58,514 nucleotides of DNA from Lachnospiraceae bacterium. Lineage in GTDB: Bacteria; Bacillota_I; Bacilli_A; Erysipelotrichales; Erysipelotrichaceae. A program made the translations under genes and the position numbers. The stretch covers positions 1 through 58,514 of the forward strand of contig CAVHRL010000001.1 in NCBI GenBank assembly GCA_963638375.1, in the 5' to 3' direction. A model generated the notes under the pieces. The model saw only the letters and a list, made by a program, of their open reading frames with translations. It searched no databases and was not told the origin of the DNA. Within the stretch, counting starts at the first letter, position 1; the number at the start of each line of letters is the position of its first letter. Shown piece after piece: positions 44,036-54,432 of the stretch.

Positions 44036-45725
44036 TACAAAACAAAGAAGAAGTGCTCTTCAGATTATGTTAAATCTCATTGGTTTAGTAAAACCTTTAT
44101 TACATATCATGTTATTAGCTATCGTTTTAGGAACGCTTGGTTATCTTTGTGCAATCTTTTTGACGATATTAGCGAGCCAAGTAATCCTATATGGATTACA
44201 AGGAACTCCAATCGTAGTTCAAAATGTAATAACAATTCCCTCGGTCAAAACAATCATAACTGTAATGATTTGTATTGCGGTTTCAAGAGGTGTTTTACAT
44301 TATGTTGAACAATATTGTAATCACTTTATTGCGTTTAAATTATTAGCAATCATTCGTCATAAAGTGTTTGCGGCATTGAGAAAGCTATGCCCTGCAAAGT
44401 TAGAAGGTCAAGATAAAGGAAATCTTATATCCATTATTACAACAGATATTGAATTGTTAGAAGTATTCTATGCGCATACGATTTCACCGATTGCGATTGC
44501 GTTTTTGACTTCATTGATCATGGTTTTATTTATTGGTAGATATCATGTTTTATGTGGATTATTTGCGCTATGTGCGTATTTGATCGTTGGTGTCTTGATT
44601 CCAATGTGGAATGGAAAACGTGGTAGTCAAAAAGGAATGCAATTTAGAGAAAATTTTGGTGAATTGAATAGTTTTGTTTTAGATTCTTTGAGAGGATTAG
44701 ATGAAACGATTCAATATGGGCAAGGAAATACAAGAATCAAACAAATGAATGAGCGTTCTGAAAATCTATCGTCTTTACAAAAATCATTAAGTGATATGGA
44801 AGGAACACAACGATCAATTACAAATCTTGTGATATTAGTTGCGTCATTAGGAATGTTATTTCTGACAATAAATTTATATGGAAAAGGTCAAATTGGATTT
44901 GATGGTGTTCTGACTTGTACAGTTGCGATGATGGGATCTTTTGGACCAGTCGTAGCTTTATCAAGCTTATCCAACAATCTCAATCAAACATTAGCTAGTG
45001 GAGAAAGAGTTCTTTCATTATTAGAAGAAACGCCTATGGTAGAAGAAGTAATGGGCGAATCTAAAGAATCTGTATTTACTGGAGCTGAGCTAAATAATGT
45101 AACGTTTGCGTATGAGGAAGAAACGATATTAGAAGATCTTTCTTTGAAGTTTGAACCTGGTAAGATTACAGGTATTCATGGTGTAAGTGGTTCTGGTAAA
45201 TCGACAATTTTGAAATTATTGATGAGATTCTGGGATGTACAAAAGGGTAGTGTATGTGTGAACGATAAAGATGTTAAAGAACTTCCTACAAAACAATTAC
45301 GTGATGTAGAAAGTTACGTGACACAAGAAACACAACTCTTTCATGATTCCATTGCGAATAATATTGCATTAGCGAAAATTGGTGCAACAAGAGAAGAAAT
45401 CATCGAGGCAGCGAAAAAAGCATCCATTCATGATTTTATCATGACACTACCAAATGGATATGATACGGAAGTTGGTGAGTTGGGAGATACGTTATCTGGT
45501 GGTGAAAAACAAAGAATTGGAATCGCTAGAGCGTTCCTTCATGATTCTGATTTGATCTTATTAGATGAGCCAACAAGTAACTTAGATTCATTGAATGAAG
45601 GCATGATTCTAAAATCATTAAAAGAATCATCACAAACAAAAACAGTTGTATTAGTTTCGCATAGAGTATCTACAATGAATGTTGCGGATGTTGTATATGA
45701 AATGAATGAAGGAAGAATATCATAA
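44028..45725 (+). CDS. ABC exporter TMD-NBD fusion, CydC-like
   Basis: RG...Y.EQY..H..AF, DIE.LE.FY, GSGKST, LSGGEKQR. Confidence 0.85.
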   Translation: MHNTKQRRSALQIMLNLIGLVKPLLHIMLLAIVLGTLGYLCAIFLTILASQVILYGLQGTPIVVQNVITIPSVKTIITVMICIAVSRGVLHYVEQYCNHFIAFKLLAIIRHKVFAALRKLCPAKLEGQDKGNLISIITTDIELLEVFYAHTISPIAIAFLTSLIMVLFIGRYHVLCGLFALCAYLIVGVLIPMWNGKRGSQKGMQFRENFGELNSFVLDSLRGLDETIQYGQGNTRIKQMNERSENLSSLQKSLSDMEGTQRSITNLVILVASLGMLFLTINLYGKGQIGFDGVLTCTVAMMGSFGPVVALSSLSNNLNQTLASGERVLSLLEETPMVEEVMGESKESVFTGAELNNVTFAYEEETILEDLSLKFEPGKITGIHGVSGSGKSTILKLLMRFWDVQKGSVCVNDKDVKELPTKQLRDVESYVTQETQLFHDSIANNIALAKIGATREEIIEAAKKASIHDFIMTLPNGYDTEVGELGDTLSGGEKQRIGIARAFLHDSDLILLDEPTSNLDSLNEGMILKSLKESSQTKTVVLVSHRVSTMNVADVVYEMNEGRIS

Positions 45726-45758
45726 AATGGTACACTACATTTTGTAGTGTACCATTTT
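45724..45758. terminator. Bidirectional terminator
   Basis: Perfect 16-bp inverted repeat AAAATGGTACACTACA-TTT-TGTAGTGTACCATTTT. Confidence 0.85.
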
Positions 45759-47133
45759 AAAAGAGATCTTTTAGTTCAATGCATTCGACTTGATTGTTTT
45801 GTGTGCAATCAAATCCACTTCTAGAAAAGAAAACAAATTTGTAACAATTTAATCCTGTTGCTTGTACTTGTTTGATTTCTTCTTGAATCATTTCATCGTT
45901 TATTTTTTTCTTTCTGAATTTCACTTCATAAAATATATAACCATTTTCATCTTCAGTTACTATATCAAATTCTCCGTTTTTATGATTTTTAGGATCATTG
46001 TAATAGTATTTTCCAATGCTTTCGATGATTGGGTCTATTTCACCAACTTTGTTTTTTCTTATTAGGAATTGTTTACAAATATCTTCAAATATATGGGGAA
46101 CATAGTGTTCTTCAAAATCTTGAACGATGTATTTTTTATAAAAGATTTTAGAATCCATAATTTTCATTTGTGAGGAATATTTAAAAATATAGCGATAGTA
46201 AAACAATGATAAATTATCACAAATATAATAGGAAGCTTTCTTTTTATTGTTCGTTGCGTTGATTGGAGAAGTTTTTGTGACGACTTCCATTCGTATTAAT
46301 TTATCTAATATATCAGCGAGTGTAGGCCCACTTGATACGTGGGATTGCGAAAGAATATCACTGTACTTTGAATAACCTCTCGCTAGAGCTTCAAATACCT
46401 CATTTGCATTTGTCATTTTAGATAGTTCGGAATTCAAATACATCGATACTTCATTTTCTAATCTCGCACCATCAGAAGCAATTAAATCTATGATATTTTC
46501 TTGAACGCTTTTAGAATCATCAATTAATCGATTATAGTAAGGAACACCACCAAACACAGAATAAATTCTAACTTTATCTTCTGGGGAATAATTAGGATAA
46601 AACATAGAAGATTCATAATAATCCATTTGTTTCAAATTGATTGTTAAATCAACTCTTCCGTATAGTGGATTTTCATGTTCTAAAAGTGACTGCATGATTT
46701 CAACATAAGAACCAAGAATGATGAAGGAAAGCTTTGAAGTTTTTCTATATTGATCTATGAGAGACTGTAAGATACTATCTAAACCTTTAATAGATTCTTT
46801 TAAGTATGGATATTCATCCAAAACTAAAATGATTTTTTCTTTTGTGGATAATTCAAAAATGTATTTTAATAATTCTTCTATATTAGAAAATCCTAGTTTA
46901 GGAAGATTGAATGATTCGGATAGTATTTCACTTAGACCTATAACATTACTTTGTTCAGATATTTGTTTGCATTCGTAGTACAAATGCTTCACCTTTGTTT
47001 TAGAAAGAATATGACTGACTAATTTACTTTTTCCAACTCTTCTTCTACCATAGATTAATGTGAAATTCATCTCATCAGATTGAATCATTTTATCTATTTT
47101 TTTTATTTCTGTTTCTCTACCAATAAATTTCAT
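45757..47133 (-). CDS. Archaeal-type P-loop ATPase with wHTH and DUF234/PD-(D/E)xK-like C terminus
   Basis: FIGRE.E, YGRRRVGKS, LDEYPYL, GG.P.Y, EFDIV...EVKF. Confidence 0.88.
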   Translation of the reverse strand: MKFIGRETEIKKIDKMIQSDEMNFTLIYGRRRVGKSKLVSHILSKTKVKHLYYECKQISEQSNVIGLSEILSESFNLPKLGFSNIEELLKYIFELSTKEKIILVLDEYPYLKESIKGLDSILQSLIDQYRKTSKLSFIILGSYVEIMQSLLEHENPLYGRVDLTINLKQMDYYESSMFYPNYSPEDKVRIYSVFGGVPYYNRLIDDSKSVQENIIDLIASDGARLENEVSMYLNSELSKMTNANEVFEALARGYSKYSDILSQSHVSSGPTLADILDKLIRMEVVTKTSPINATNNKKKASYYICDNLSLFYYRYIFKYSSQMKIMDSKIFYKKYIVQDFEEHYVPHIFEDICKQFLIRKNKVGEIDPIIESIGKYYYNDPKNHKNGEFDIVTEDENGYIFYEVKFRKKKINDEMIQEEIKQVQATGLNCYKFVFFSRSGFDCTQNNQVECIELKDLF

Positions 47134-47136
47134 TTT

Positions 47137-47200
47137 ACTCGGTTCCTTTCGACTCGGTTACAACCGAGTAAAGTATACAATATTTTACGATAATCGTAAA
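47137..47200 (-). promoter_or_regulatory. Promoter and palindromic operator of the ATPase gene
   Basis: TTTACG-N17-TATACT; ACTCGGTT-AC-AACCGAGT at 47152-47169 plus a third half-site at 47137. Confidence 0.6.
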
Positions 47201-47201
47201 T

Positions 47202-47225
47202 AAAAATGATCCATAGTGGATCATT
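47202..47225 (-). terminator. pst/phoU terminator
   Basis: AATGATCCA-CTA-TGGATCATT followed by a T run on the minus strand. Confidence 0.65.
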
Positions 47226-47235
47226 CAATGGATAA

Positions 47236-47868
47236 TTAGAGTTTTCCAGTAGCGTCATACATGGCCCATTGAGCGATGTTGACGGCATGATCACCAATCT
47301 TTTCGAAGTATTTGGCAACCATGAGAAGATTTAATGCATATTCTACATTTGCGTCTTTAGAAAACTTATCAATTAATGTTTGTTTTGCGGTATTGAATGC
47401 ATTATCTACGATATCATCTGTTTCAATGACACTTTGTGCTAAAGCTGCATCTTTTGTGTTTAAAGCTTTAATGGAATCATAGACCATACTTCTAGCAGCG
47501 TTTGCCATCTCTTTCATATCTAAGATATCAACTGCAGTGGATACGTGTTCAACAGCTACGATTTCAGCGATATCAGCAGCGACATCTCCAATTCTTTCTA
47601 AGTCATACACAGCTTTTAAAGAAGCAGAGATTCTTCTTAGATCAGATGCAACTGGTTGTTGTTGCATGAGTAACTTTAAACAGATATTTTCGATTTCTCT
47701 TTCATCTCTACGAATCGTTCTGGTACGAGCGATGATTGCTTGAGCGAGTTTTTCATTACCATTATTTAGTGCTTCGATTGTATCTGTGATTGAGGCAAGA
47801 CATTTGTCTCCCATTTGTGTCATAGATTCTTGTAGTAATTCTAATTGATTATCAAAACGATTTCTCAT
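47236..47868 (-). CDS. phoU: Phosphate transport regulator PhoU
   Basis: QQPVASDLR, DLERIGD, EKIGDHAVNIA. Confidence 0.95.
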   Translation of the reverse strand: MRNRFDNQLELLQESMTQMGDKCLASITDTIEALNNGNEKLAQAIIARTRTIRRDEREIENICLKLLMQQQPVASDLRRISASLKAVYDLERIGDVAADIAEIVAVEHVSTAVDILDMKEMANAARSMVYDSIKALNTKDAALAQSVIETDDIVDNAFNTAKQTLIDKFSKDANVEYALNLLMVAKYFEKIGDHAVNIAQWAMYDATGKL

Positions 47869-47873
47869 AAGTA

Positions 47874-48626
47874 TCAACCAAACCTTCCTGTAATATAGTT
47901 TTCTGTTCTCTTATCTTTAGGTACAGAGAATATTTGATCTGTTTCTCCATATTCAACTAAATCTCCTAATAAGAAGAATGCGGTTTTATCTGAAATTCTA
48001 ACTGCTTGTTGCATGTTGTGTGTAACGATGACAACTGTATATTTTTTCTTGAGTTCTAAAACGAGTTCTTCGATTTTAGATGTAGAAATAGGGTCTAATG
48101 CACTTGTTGGTTCGTCCATTAAGATGACTTCAGGTTCACAAGCTAATGCTCTAGCGATACAGAGTCTTTGTTGTTGGCCACCAGACATACCTAAAGCACT
48201 GGACTTGAGACGATCTTTGCACTCATCCCAGATAGCAGCGTTTTTAAGAGAAGTTTCTACGATTTCATCTAACTTAGCTTTATTTTTGATGCCATGTGTT
48301 CTAGGACCATAGGCGATATTATCATAGATACTCATTGGAAAGGGGTTTGGTTTTTGGAATACCATACCGACTTTTTTTCTTAATAAATTGACATCTACAT
48401 TTTTACCATAGATTTCTGTTCCATCTAATAAAATCTTTCCATCAATCTTACATCCTTCCACAAGGTCGTTCATTCGATTTAAACATCTTAGTAATGTGGA
48501 TTTACCACAACCAGAAGGACCGATAAATGCAGTGATTTCATTTGGCTCAATTTCGATATTTACATTTTTTAAAGCTTTGAAATCTCCATAGTAGAGATTC
48601 AAATCTTGTACACTGATCTTACTCAT
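47874..48626 (-). CDS. pstB: Phosphate ABC ATPase
   Basis: [28 protein letters not shown]. Confidence 0.97.
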   Translation of the reverse strand: MSKISVQDLNLYYGDFKALKNVNIEIEPNEITAFIGPSGCGKSTLLRCLNRMNDLVEGCKIDGKILLDGTEIYGKNVDVNLLRKKVGMVFQKPNPFPMSIYDNIAYGPRTHGIKNKAKLDEIVETSLKNAAIWDECKDRLKSSALGMSGGQQQRLCIARALACEPEVILMDEPTSALDPISTSKIEELVLELKKKYTVVIVTHNMQQAVRISDKTAFFLLGDLVEYGETDQIFSVPKDKRTENYITGRFG

Positions 48627-48637
48627 AAAATTCCTTT

Positions 48638-49483
48638 CTATGCTTTTGTGATTTTCTTTGCGATATATGCAGAGAATGCGTTGATACCTACTACAAGTAC
48701 GAGTAGCACGACTGCAGTAGCGTATGCTTGATCCATATATAAACCTTCACTGGCTAATAAATACATGTGAATAGCTAATGTTCTACCTGGTCTAAATAAT
48801 CCTTCTGCGACTTTAGCGACTGTACCAGATGTATAAATCAATGCGGCAGTTTCACCAACGATTCTTCCGATGGCTAAAATGATTCCTGCTAAGATACCTG
48901 GCATAGCTGCTGGCAATACGATACGAAATACAGTTCTCAATTTACCTGCACCGAGTCCGAATGAACCTTCACGGTATAAATCAGGTACAGATTTGAGAGC
49001 TTCTTCTGTTGTACGCATGATAAGTGGTAATATCATGATAGCTAATGTGAATGCACCGGAAATGATTGAAAAGCCCCATCCTAATCTGTTAACAAAGAAC
49101 AACATTCCGAATAATCCATAGATGATAGAAGGAATACCTTGAAGTGTCTCTGTTGTCATTCTTACAATTTCAACGAGTTTATTTCCTCTTTTTGCGTATT
49201 CTACTAAGAAGATAGCGGAAAAAATCCCAATTGGTACAGCGAGTAGTAGAGATAGTAATGTCATTACTACAGTATTAATCAATGCTGGTACAACAGAAGC
49301 ATTATCTGATGTATATTCTAGAGAGAATAAATCTAGATTGATATGTGGAATACCATTGATCAAGATGTATGCAATGAGAAATAATAGAACTAAGAATGTT
49401 AATGCTGCACAGAAATAAATGAGGAATTTTAGAATTGTTGAACCTGGATATTTTTGTTTTTCTAATGAATTTGTATTATGCAT
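48638..49483 (-). CDS. pstA: Phosphate ABC permease
   Basis: [21 protein letters not shown]. Confidence 0.95.
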   Translation of the reverse strand: MHNTNSLEKQKYPGSTILKFLIYFCAALTFLVLLFLIAYILINGIPHINLDLFSLEYTSDNASVVPALINTVVMTLLSLLLAVPIGIFSAIFLVEYAKRGNKLVEIVRMTTETLQGIPSIIYGLFGMLFFVNRLGWGFSIISGAFTLAIMILPLIMRTTEEALKSVPDLYREGSFGLGAGKLRTVFRIVLPAAMPGILAGIILAIGRIVGETAALIYTSGTVAKVAEGLFRPGRTLAIHMYLLASEGLYMDQAYATAVVLLVLVVGINAFSAYIAKKITKA

Positions 49484-50354
49484 GTTCTACACTCTTTCTT
49501 TTTAATGCGGCAACTAACGCATTGATCAATAGAATGAATACAAATAGTACAACACCTGTAGCGATCAATGCTTCACGATGTAATCCTGTAGCGTAACCCA
49601 TTTCCATAACAATATTGGCTGTCATTGTACGAACACCTTTAAAGATGGAAGATGGCATCTTTGTTTGATTTCCAGCAATCATGACAACTGCCATTGTTTC
49701 ACCAATTGCACGTCCAATTCCAAGAACAACACCAGCTAGAACGCCAGAACTAGCTGCAGGTAACATCACTTTAAAGATAGTTCTTTCTTTTGTAGCACCT
49801 TGTGCTAAAGATCCTTCGTAATAACTTTTAGGAACGGCGCGTAATGCGGATTCTGATACACCAATAATAGATGGAAGAATCATGATTCCTAAAATGATAG
49901 AAGCTGTTAGGATACAATTTCCTTTTCCGTGAATCTTTAACGCAAGTTCCATGTTTCGGATAGCTGGTACGATGACCATCAATCCAAAGAAACCATATAC
50001 AACAGAAGGAATGCCAGCTAATAATTCTGTTGCGGCTTTTAATGGCTTGTAGATTTTTTTAGGACAATAGTATGTTAGGAAGATGCTTGTCATGATTCCT
50101 ACAGGTACGCCAATGATAATAGCTCCTGCAGTGACATAGATACTTCCAACGATCATAGGTAATATTCCATAAATATCATTTCCTGGTCTCCATAGCGTTC
50201 CAAATAAGAACTTGAATAGACCAATGGATTTGAATGCTGGAATACCACTACTAATCAAAAAGATACAAATTAACGCAACTGCTGCGATAGAAAAGCACGC
50301 TGCAACGGTAAATACGTATCTCATGAATGATTCGAGTGCTTTACTTTTTTTCAT
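49476..50354 (-). CDS. pstC: Phosphate ABC permease
   Basis: ELLAGIPSVVYG, GRAIGETMAV. Confidence 0.95.
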   Translation of the reverse strand: MKKSKALESFMRYVFTVAACFSIAAVALICIFLISSGIPAFKSIGLFKFLFGTLWRPGNDIYGILPMIVGSIYVTAGAIIIGVPVGIMTSIFLTYYCPKKIYKPLKAATELLAGIPSVVYGFFGLMVIVPAIRNMELALKIHGKGNCILTASIILGIMILPSIIGVSESALRAVPKSYYEGSLAQGATKERTIFKVMLPAASSGVLAGVVLGIGRAIGETMAVVMIAGNQTKMPSSIFKGVRTMTANIVMEMGYATGLHREALIATGVVLFVFILLINALVAALKRKSVEHA

Positions 50355-50369
50355 AAAAACTCCTTGTAC

Positions 50370-50400
50370 AAAAAAGCTTTCTTGGTTAGAAGAAAGCTTT
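50370..50400 (-). terminator. Hairpin between pstS and pstC (partial terminator or mRNA stabiliser)
   Basis: AAAGCTTTCTT...AAGAAAGCTTT followed by a T run. Confidence 0.65.
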
Positions 50401-50413
50401 GTAAACTAGGATA

Positions 50414-51310
50414 TTACTTTACTTCATCCCAAGTTGTTACTTCACCTGTATAGATGGACTTGATTGTATCACTGCTTAATTCTTCAACTGGGTTTTCTTT
50501 ATTGACGATGACTGCGATGCCATCTGTAGCGATGACTGTGTTCTTAAGACCTTCATCTAATTCTTCTTGTTTTAATTCACGACTTGCCATACCAATGTCA
50601 TAGCTTCCTTCAGCACAGCTTGTCATACCTGTTGTGGAATCGGATGTTTGTAAGTCAATAGAAGCATTAGGATTAACCTTTTGGTAAGCTTCAATTAATT
50701 TTTCCATTAATGGAGATACGGAAGAAGAACCACCAACGACGATACTTCCAGAAGGTTGACTTCCTTCGAATGCCTTTGCGTTATCAATTGCGATATAACC
50801 GTTATCTGTAACGATTTCTTGACCTTCTTCACTTAAGATATATGCCATGAAGTCATTCACAACTTCGTTTGTGGAATCACCCATAGTAGCTACGTTGAAT
50901 GGACGAGATAGTTTATATTCGCCAGCTTTGATTGCTTCGGCTGTAGCTTCAGCACCATCAACATTGACTGCCTTAACTTTATCATTGAGAGTTCCTAGAG
51001 ATACATATCCAATAGCGTATGGATCTGTTTCAACTGTTGTTAATACAACGGATGTGCTGTTTACTACTTGTGCGTCATCTGTTGTCATATCAACTTTTTC
51101 ATCACCTTGTTTTTCTTCAACACCTGTTAGTTCAATGAATGCACCTCTTGTTCCAGAACCACTTTCTCTTGAAATGACTGTGATGTCATTTGAAGAATCA
51201 AAATCTGAATCTGTAGAACTTGTTGTGGAAGTGGCTGCAGTGGATGAAGAGCATCCTGCTAACATTGCCATGGCAATTGCACCACCGATAATACTTTTTT
51301 TATTTAACAT
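50414..51310 (-). CDS. pstS: Phosphate-binding lipoprotein
   Basis: LAGC lipobox, SRE.GSGTRGAF, GSSSV, IGMASR. Confidence 0.95.
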   Translation of the reverse strand: MLNKKSIIGGAIAMAMLAGCSSSTAATSTTSSTDSDFDSSNDITVISRESGSGTRGAFIELTGVEEKQGDEKVDMTTDDAQVVNSTSVVLTTVETDPYAIGYVSLGTLNDKVKAVNVDGAEATAEAIKAGEYKLSRPFNVATMGDSTNEVVNDFMAYILSEEGQEIVTDNGYIAIDNAKAFEGSQPSGSIVVGGSSSVSPLMEKLIEAYQKVNPNASIDLQTSDSTTGMTSCAEGSYDIGMASRELKQEELDEGLKNTVIATDGIAVIVNKENPVEELSSDTIKSIYTGEVTTWDEVK

Positions 51311-51433
51311 ACCTAATTTTCTTTCCTCCTACGGTACGAAGATAGAATAGTTTTAAATTGTTAAGCGTCTTTACAGATAAATGAAAAGTTTCTGTAAAAT
51401 CGTATGTTAGAATGTTAGAGGAAAGAGTTTGAT

Positions 51434-51952
51434 ATGGAAAAGAAAGAAATTTTAAAAGAATTAGTGGAAGGAATGCATCAGGTTGTTATCGCAACTTTAG
51501 ATGAAGTGAAAAAGCCTGTAACAAATATTGTTACATTGGATATATATGAAAATACAATTGGTTTTACAATTGAAAAAGGAACAGAATTATACAAACAAAT
51601 ATTGGAACAAGGATATGTTTCTTTATTTGGATACAAAGAAAATGTTCAAATTCAAATCAATGGGAATGTATTAAAAGACGATAAAGATATATTTTATATA
51701 GAAAATGGGGAAGGAAAATATATTGATGCAGCACATAAGATTCAAGAAATCTTTACATTAGGAAAAGATGAAATTCCTGATGGTGGATATTATGTAACAG
51801 ACACATGTATTCTTTGTGGAACATGTTATGCGGTTTGTCCAAAACAGTGTATTGATACCGCAAAAGATCCTGTTGTGATAAAACAAAAAGAATGCATACA
51901 ATGTGGTGAATGTCTGCAGGTGTGTCCTGTGCAAGCAATTATGAGAAAATAA
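51434..51952 (+). CDS. Pyridoxamine-5'-phosphate-oxidase-like domain fused to a 2x[4Fe-4S] ferredoxin
   Basis: CILCGTCYAVCP and CIQCGECLQVCP; N-terminal IATLD...P...FT..G...Y.Q. Confidence 0.75.
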   Translation: MEKKEILKELVEGMHQVVIATLDEVKKPVTNIVTLDIYENTIGFTIEKGTELYKQILEQGYVSLFGYKENVQIQINGNVLKDDKDIFYIENGEGKYIDAAHKIQEIFTLGKDEIPDGGYYVTDTCILCGTCYAVCPKQCIDTAKDPVVIKQKECIQCGECLQVCPVQAIMRK

Positions 51953-52068
51953 AAAACAAAAACCCCTAGGTAAAAATTCATGTTGTCAAACGATTGAAAT
52001 TTAACTATAGGAGGTTTTTGATTGGAGAATCCTAGAGAGACTGAAAAAGAAAAGCATCTTTTGGAGTA

Positions 52069-52329
52069 CTAATCTTCATAATGTCCTTTACAAGCAATAA
52101 TCCACAAGAAACCATTTTCGTCTATGTTATAGACTAATCTGTTGGCTTCATCTATTCTTCTACTCCATGCTTTTCTATGATTGAGTGCTTCAGGTTTTCC
52201 GATTCCTTTAGATAATCTTTCTCTCTCGATGGATTTGATAAGTTCATTGATTCGCTTTAATGTCTTTTTGTCCTGGGTTTGCCAGTACAAATAATCATCC
52301 CATGCTCTATCAGACCATAGTTTTCTCAT
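52069..52329 (-). CDS. yoeB: Txe/YoeB-family toxin
   Basis: AW.DY.YWQ.QDKK, GIGKPE.L, WSRRI...RLVY, HY. Confidence 0.93.
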   Translation of the reverse strand: MRKLWSDRAWDDYLYWQTQDKKTLKRINELIKSIERERLSKGIGKPEALNHRKAWSRRIDEANRLVYNIDENGFLWIIACKGHYED

Positions 52330-52577
52330 TCATCTACCTCGATGAGTTCGTGCTCTTGGCCGTGACCGGATTCAAGTTGAGCTATTCCTCTGTCAATCAT
52401 AGCAAGATATTCGTTATTTCTAGCCGCTTTTTCTAACTGATTATATTTTTCTAGGCTCATAAGAACAACGTTTTTTTCATTCTTTCTTGTCACAATAACT
52501 GTTTCCTGGAAATCTGAAGCTTTGTCACAATAATCTTTCAAATTGTTTCTAATCGTTGAATAATTTACAGCTAACAT
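52326..52577 (-). CDS. yefM: Phd/YefM-family antitoxin
   Basis: NYS..RNNLK.Y.D, IVTRK, VLMS; ATGA overlap with the toxin. Confidence 0.92.
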   Translation of the reverse strand: MLAVNYSTIRNNLKDYCDKASDFQETVIVTRKNEKNVVLMSLEKYNQLEKAARNNEYLAMIDRGIAQLESGHGQEHELIEVDE

Positions 52578-52595
52578 ATTTAACACCTCGCTTTA

Positions 52596-52627
52596 TTGTA
52601 CAATTAATTGTACTATTTCTTGTACAA
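52596..52627. promoter_or_regulatory. YefM-type operator
   Basis: TTGTACAA / TTGTACTA / TTGTACAA at 12-bp spacing upstream of the antitoxin. Confidence 0.75.
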
Positions 52628-52676
52628 ACAGTTTGACATATTTTTATACAACTAAGCAATCTGAATTTTTAAATAT

Positions 52677-52850
52677 CTACTCTGCAGCTTGATTTAACTT
52701 GATGATTAGAACAAGATAAATATCTTTGGTAGCTCTAAAATCCAAACCTTCTTTTGTCATTAGAATATCACAAGCTGTTCCACCAATAATTGTATATTGT
52801 TCTTCGCAACCGTCGAACCATTCTTTAAAGCTTTCAATTCCTGTTACCAT
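52677..52850 (-). pseudogene. Truncated nucleotidyltransferase (AbiEii-like)
   Basis: MVTGIESFKEWF...IIGGTAC...RATKDI NTase motif, then stops after 57 aa; DxD altered to DIY. Confidence 0.7.
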
Positions 52851-53794
52851 CAAGTTGCCTCCATAAATTTTCAAGTGATTCTTCAACGGATTCTTCCACA
52901 CGCTCATCAGAATCCTCTTCAAGAGATAATGCCAAAGAAAGTATATCTACTATATTATTACGTGCTAGTTTTCTTGGATCATATCTCCATAATTGTAGTT
53001 CAATCTGACATTCAGAATCATATAAGTAGTCTGTACAAACACTTTTCCATTTTGAACAGTTATTTGTGGCGAAAGATTTTGTGGATGGTTCATTTAACAT
53101 GGAGTATTCAGATAGAGCGGAATATCCACTTGCTACTAAATCAACATCTAAATTTTCTTTTGGAATGAACACTTTTCTTTTTACTGGATTAACTAATTTG
53201 TTTTTGGAGTTTTGGAATAGTGCTTTTGGTGTTTCGCTAGAATAAAGAATTTTCTGAACACCAACTTTTTTTGTTTGAAGAAGTTGCATTTCTTCAAGTT
53301 GTTTAGATGCTCTAGATAAAGATGTTGGTGTTAGCTCTAAAGCTTTTGCGGCTTGGCTTGTTGTTAGATCTTGTGCACCATTATAAATAAAGTATAAAAA
53401 TAATAATTGTGTGGAAGGGAGTATATCTTCATATGTTTGCTTTTCGGCATCACATCTTTCTTGTAAATACATAGCCATAAATGGAAGATAGATTTGTTTT
53501 CCTTCTACAATAAACGGGATTCTATCGCGAATGAGGTATTCTTTTTGACGAAAAGTAAGATTGTCCAATATCAGTACAATTGGCATATCTTCATCTTTTT
53601 TGATGCGCTCAATATGCTTTTTTAGAGTTTGTATTGATTCAATCTCCGCTTTTGGATAAAGAAAAATCATTTTTTTGATTGTCTAATGAAACTTTTCTTA
53701 ATTGATATCTTGTGTTTATGAAATTTGGATATTGTTTTGTATCATGATTTAAATAATTTGTTTTTAGACCAAGTACCTTTTTGATGTAGTCCAT
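52834..53794 (-). pseudogene. MarR-like HTH protein (AbiEi-like partner), frameshifted
   Basis: RBS and ATG at 53794 (MDYIKKVLG...) is one base out of frame with the 278-aa ORF at an A7 run (53670-53676); HTH TTSQAAKALE...SLSRA. Confidence 0.7.
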
Positions 53795-53922
53795 ATAATT
53801 ATTCCTTTCATAACTCTATATATGTATTATAACATAAAATGTGTTGTGATTCGAATATAAAGTTAAGAATAAAAAACTAACCCCAAAATTAATATCTTTA
53901 GAGTTAGTTCGATAATATGGGA

Positions 53923-54432
53923 TTAAAGCTTTTTAACAATGTTTTCTAATGATTTTCTGAGGGTGTGTCTTTCAGAAGGTTCGTCATCAGGATAGCCAAT
54001 AGGCATTAATAGAACAGGTTTGATATTTTGTGGGAGTTGGAAAGCTTCAGCTGTCTTTGTGTTAGGGAATAGGTTGACCCAGCAAGTAGCTAGGCCTATA
54101 TCTGTTGCTTCTAACATGATATGTGTTGCGACAATACTGCAATCTTCTACACCAGAATGAATTCCTTCTTCTTGTGGATTTGTCCATTCTTGTGTTTCGT
54201 CATACGCAATCATAAGAACAGTTGGTGCGTTGAATGCACATGGTGTGATAGAACGAATCTTTGAAAGTGCTTCTTCACTTTGAAGTACATAGATTTGAAT
54301 AGGTTGATTGTTTTTGGCTGTTGGAGCACATCTTCCTACTTCTAACACTTGTGTGAGTTTTTCTTCTTCAATTTGTTGTTGCTTGTATTTTCTGGATGAA
54401 TATCTTTTGCTTGCGAGTTCTTGAAATGTCAT
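53923..54432 (-). CDS. Nitroreductase-family protein
   Basis: RYSSRKY, APTAKN.QP, GLATCWV, PIGYP. Confidence 0.92.
   Translation of the reverse strand: MTFQELASKRYSSRKYKQQQIEEEKLTQVLEVGRCAPTAKNNQPIQIYVLQSEEALSKIRSITPCAFNAPTVLMIAYDETQEWTNPQEEGIHSGVEDCSIVATHIMLEATDIGLATCWVNLFPNTKTAEAFQLPQNIKPVLLMPIGYPDDEPSERHTLRKSLENIVKKL

Noticed and set aside
41775..47133. Genomic island integrated at tRNA-Asn
   Set aside because: No integrase, and I found no duplicated tRNA 3' end in the window.
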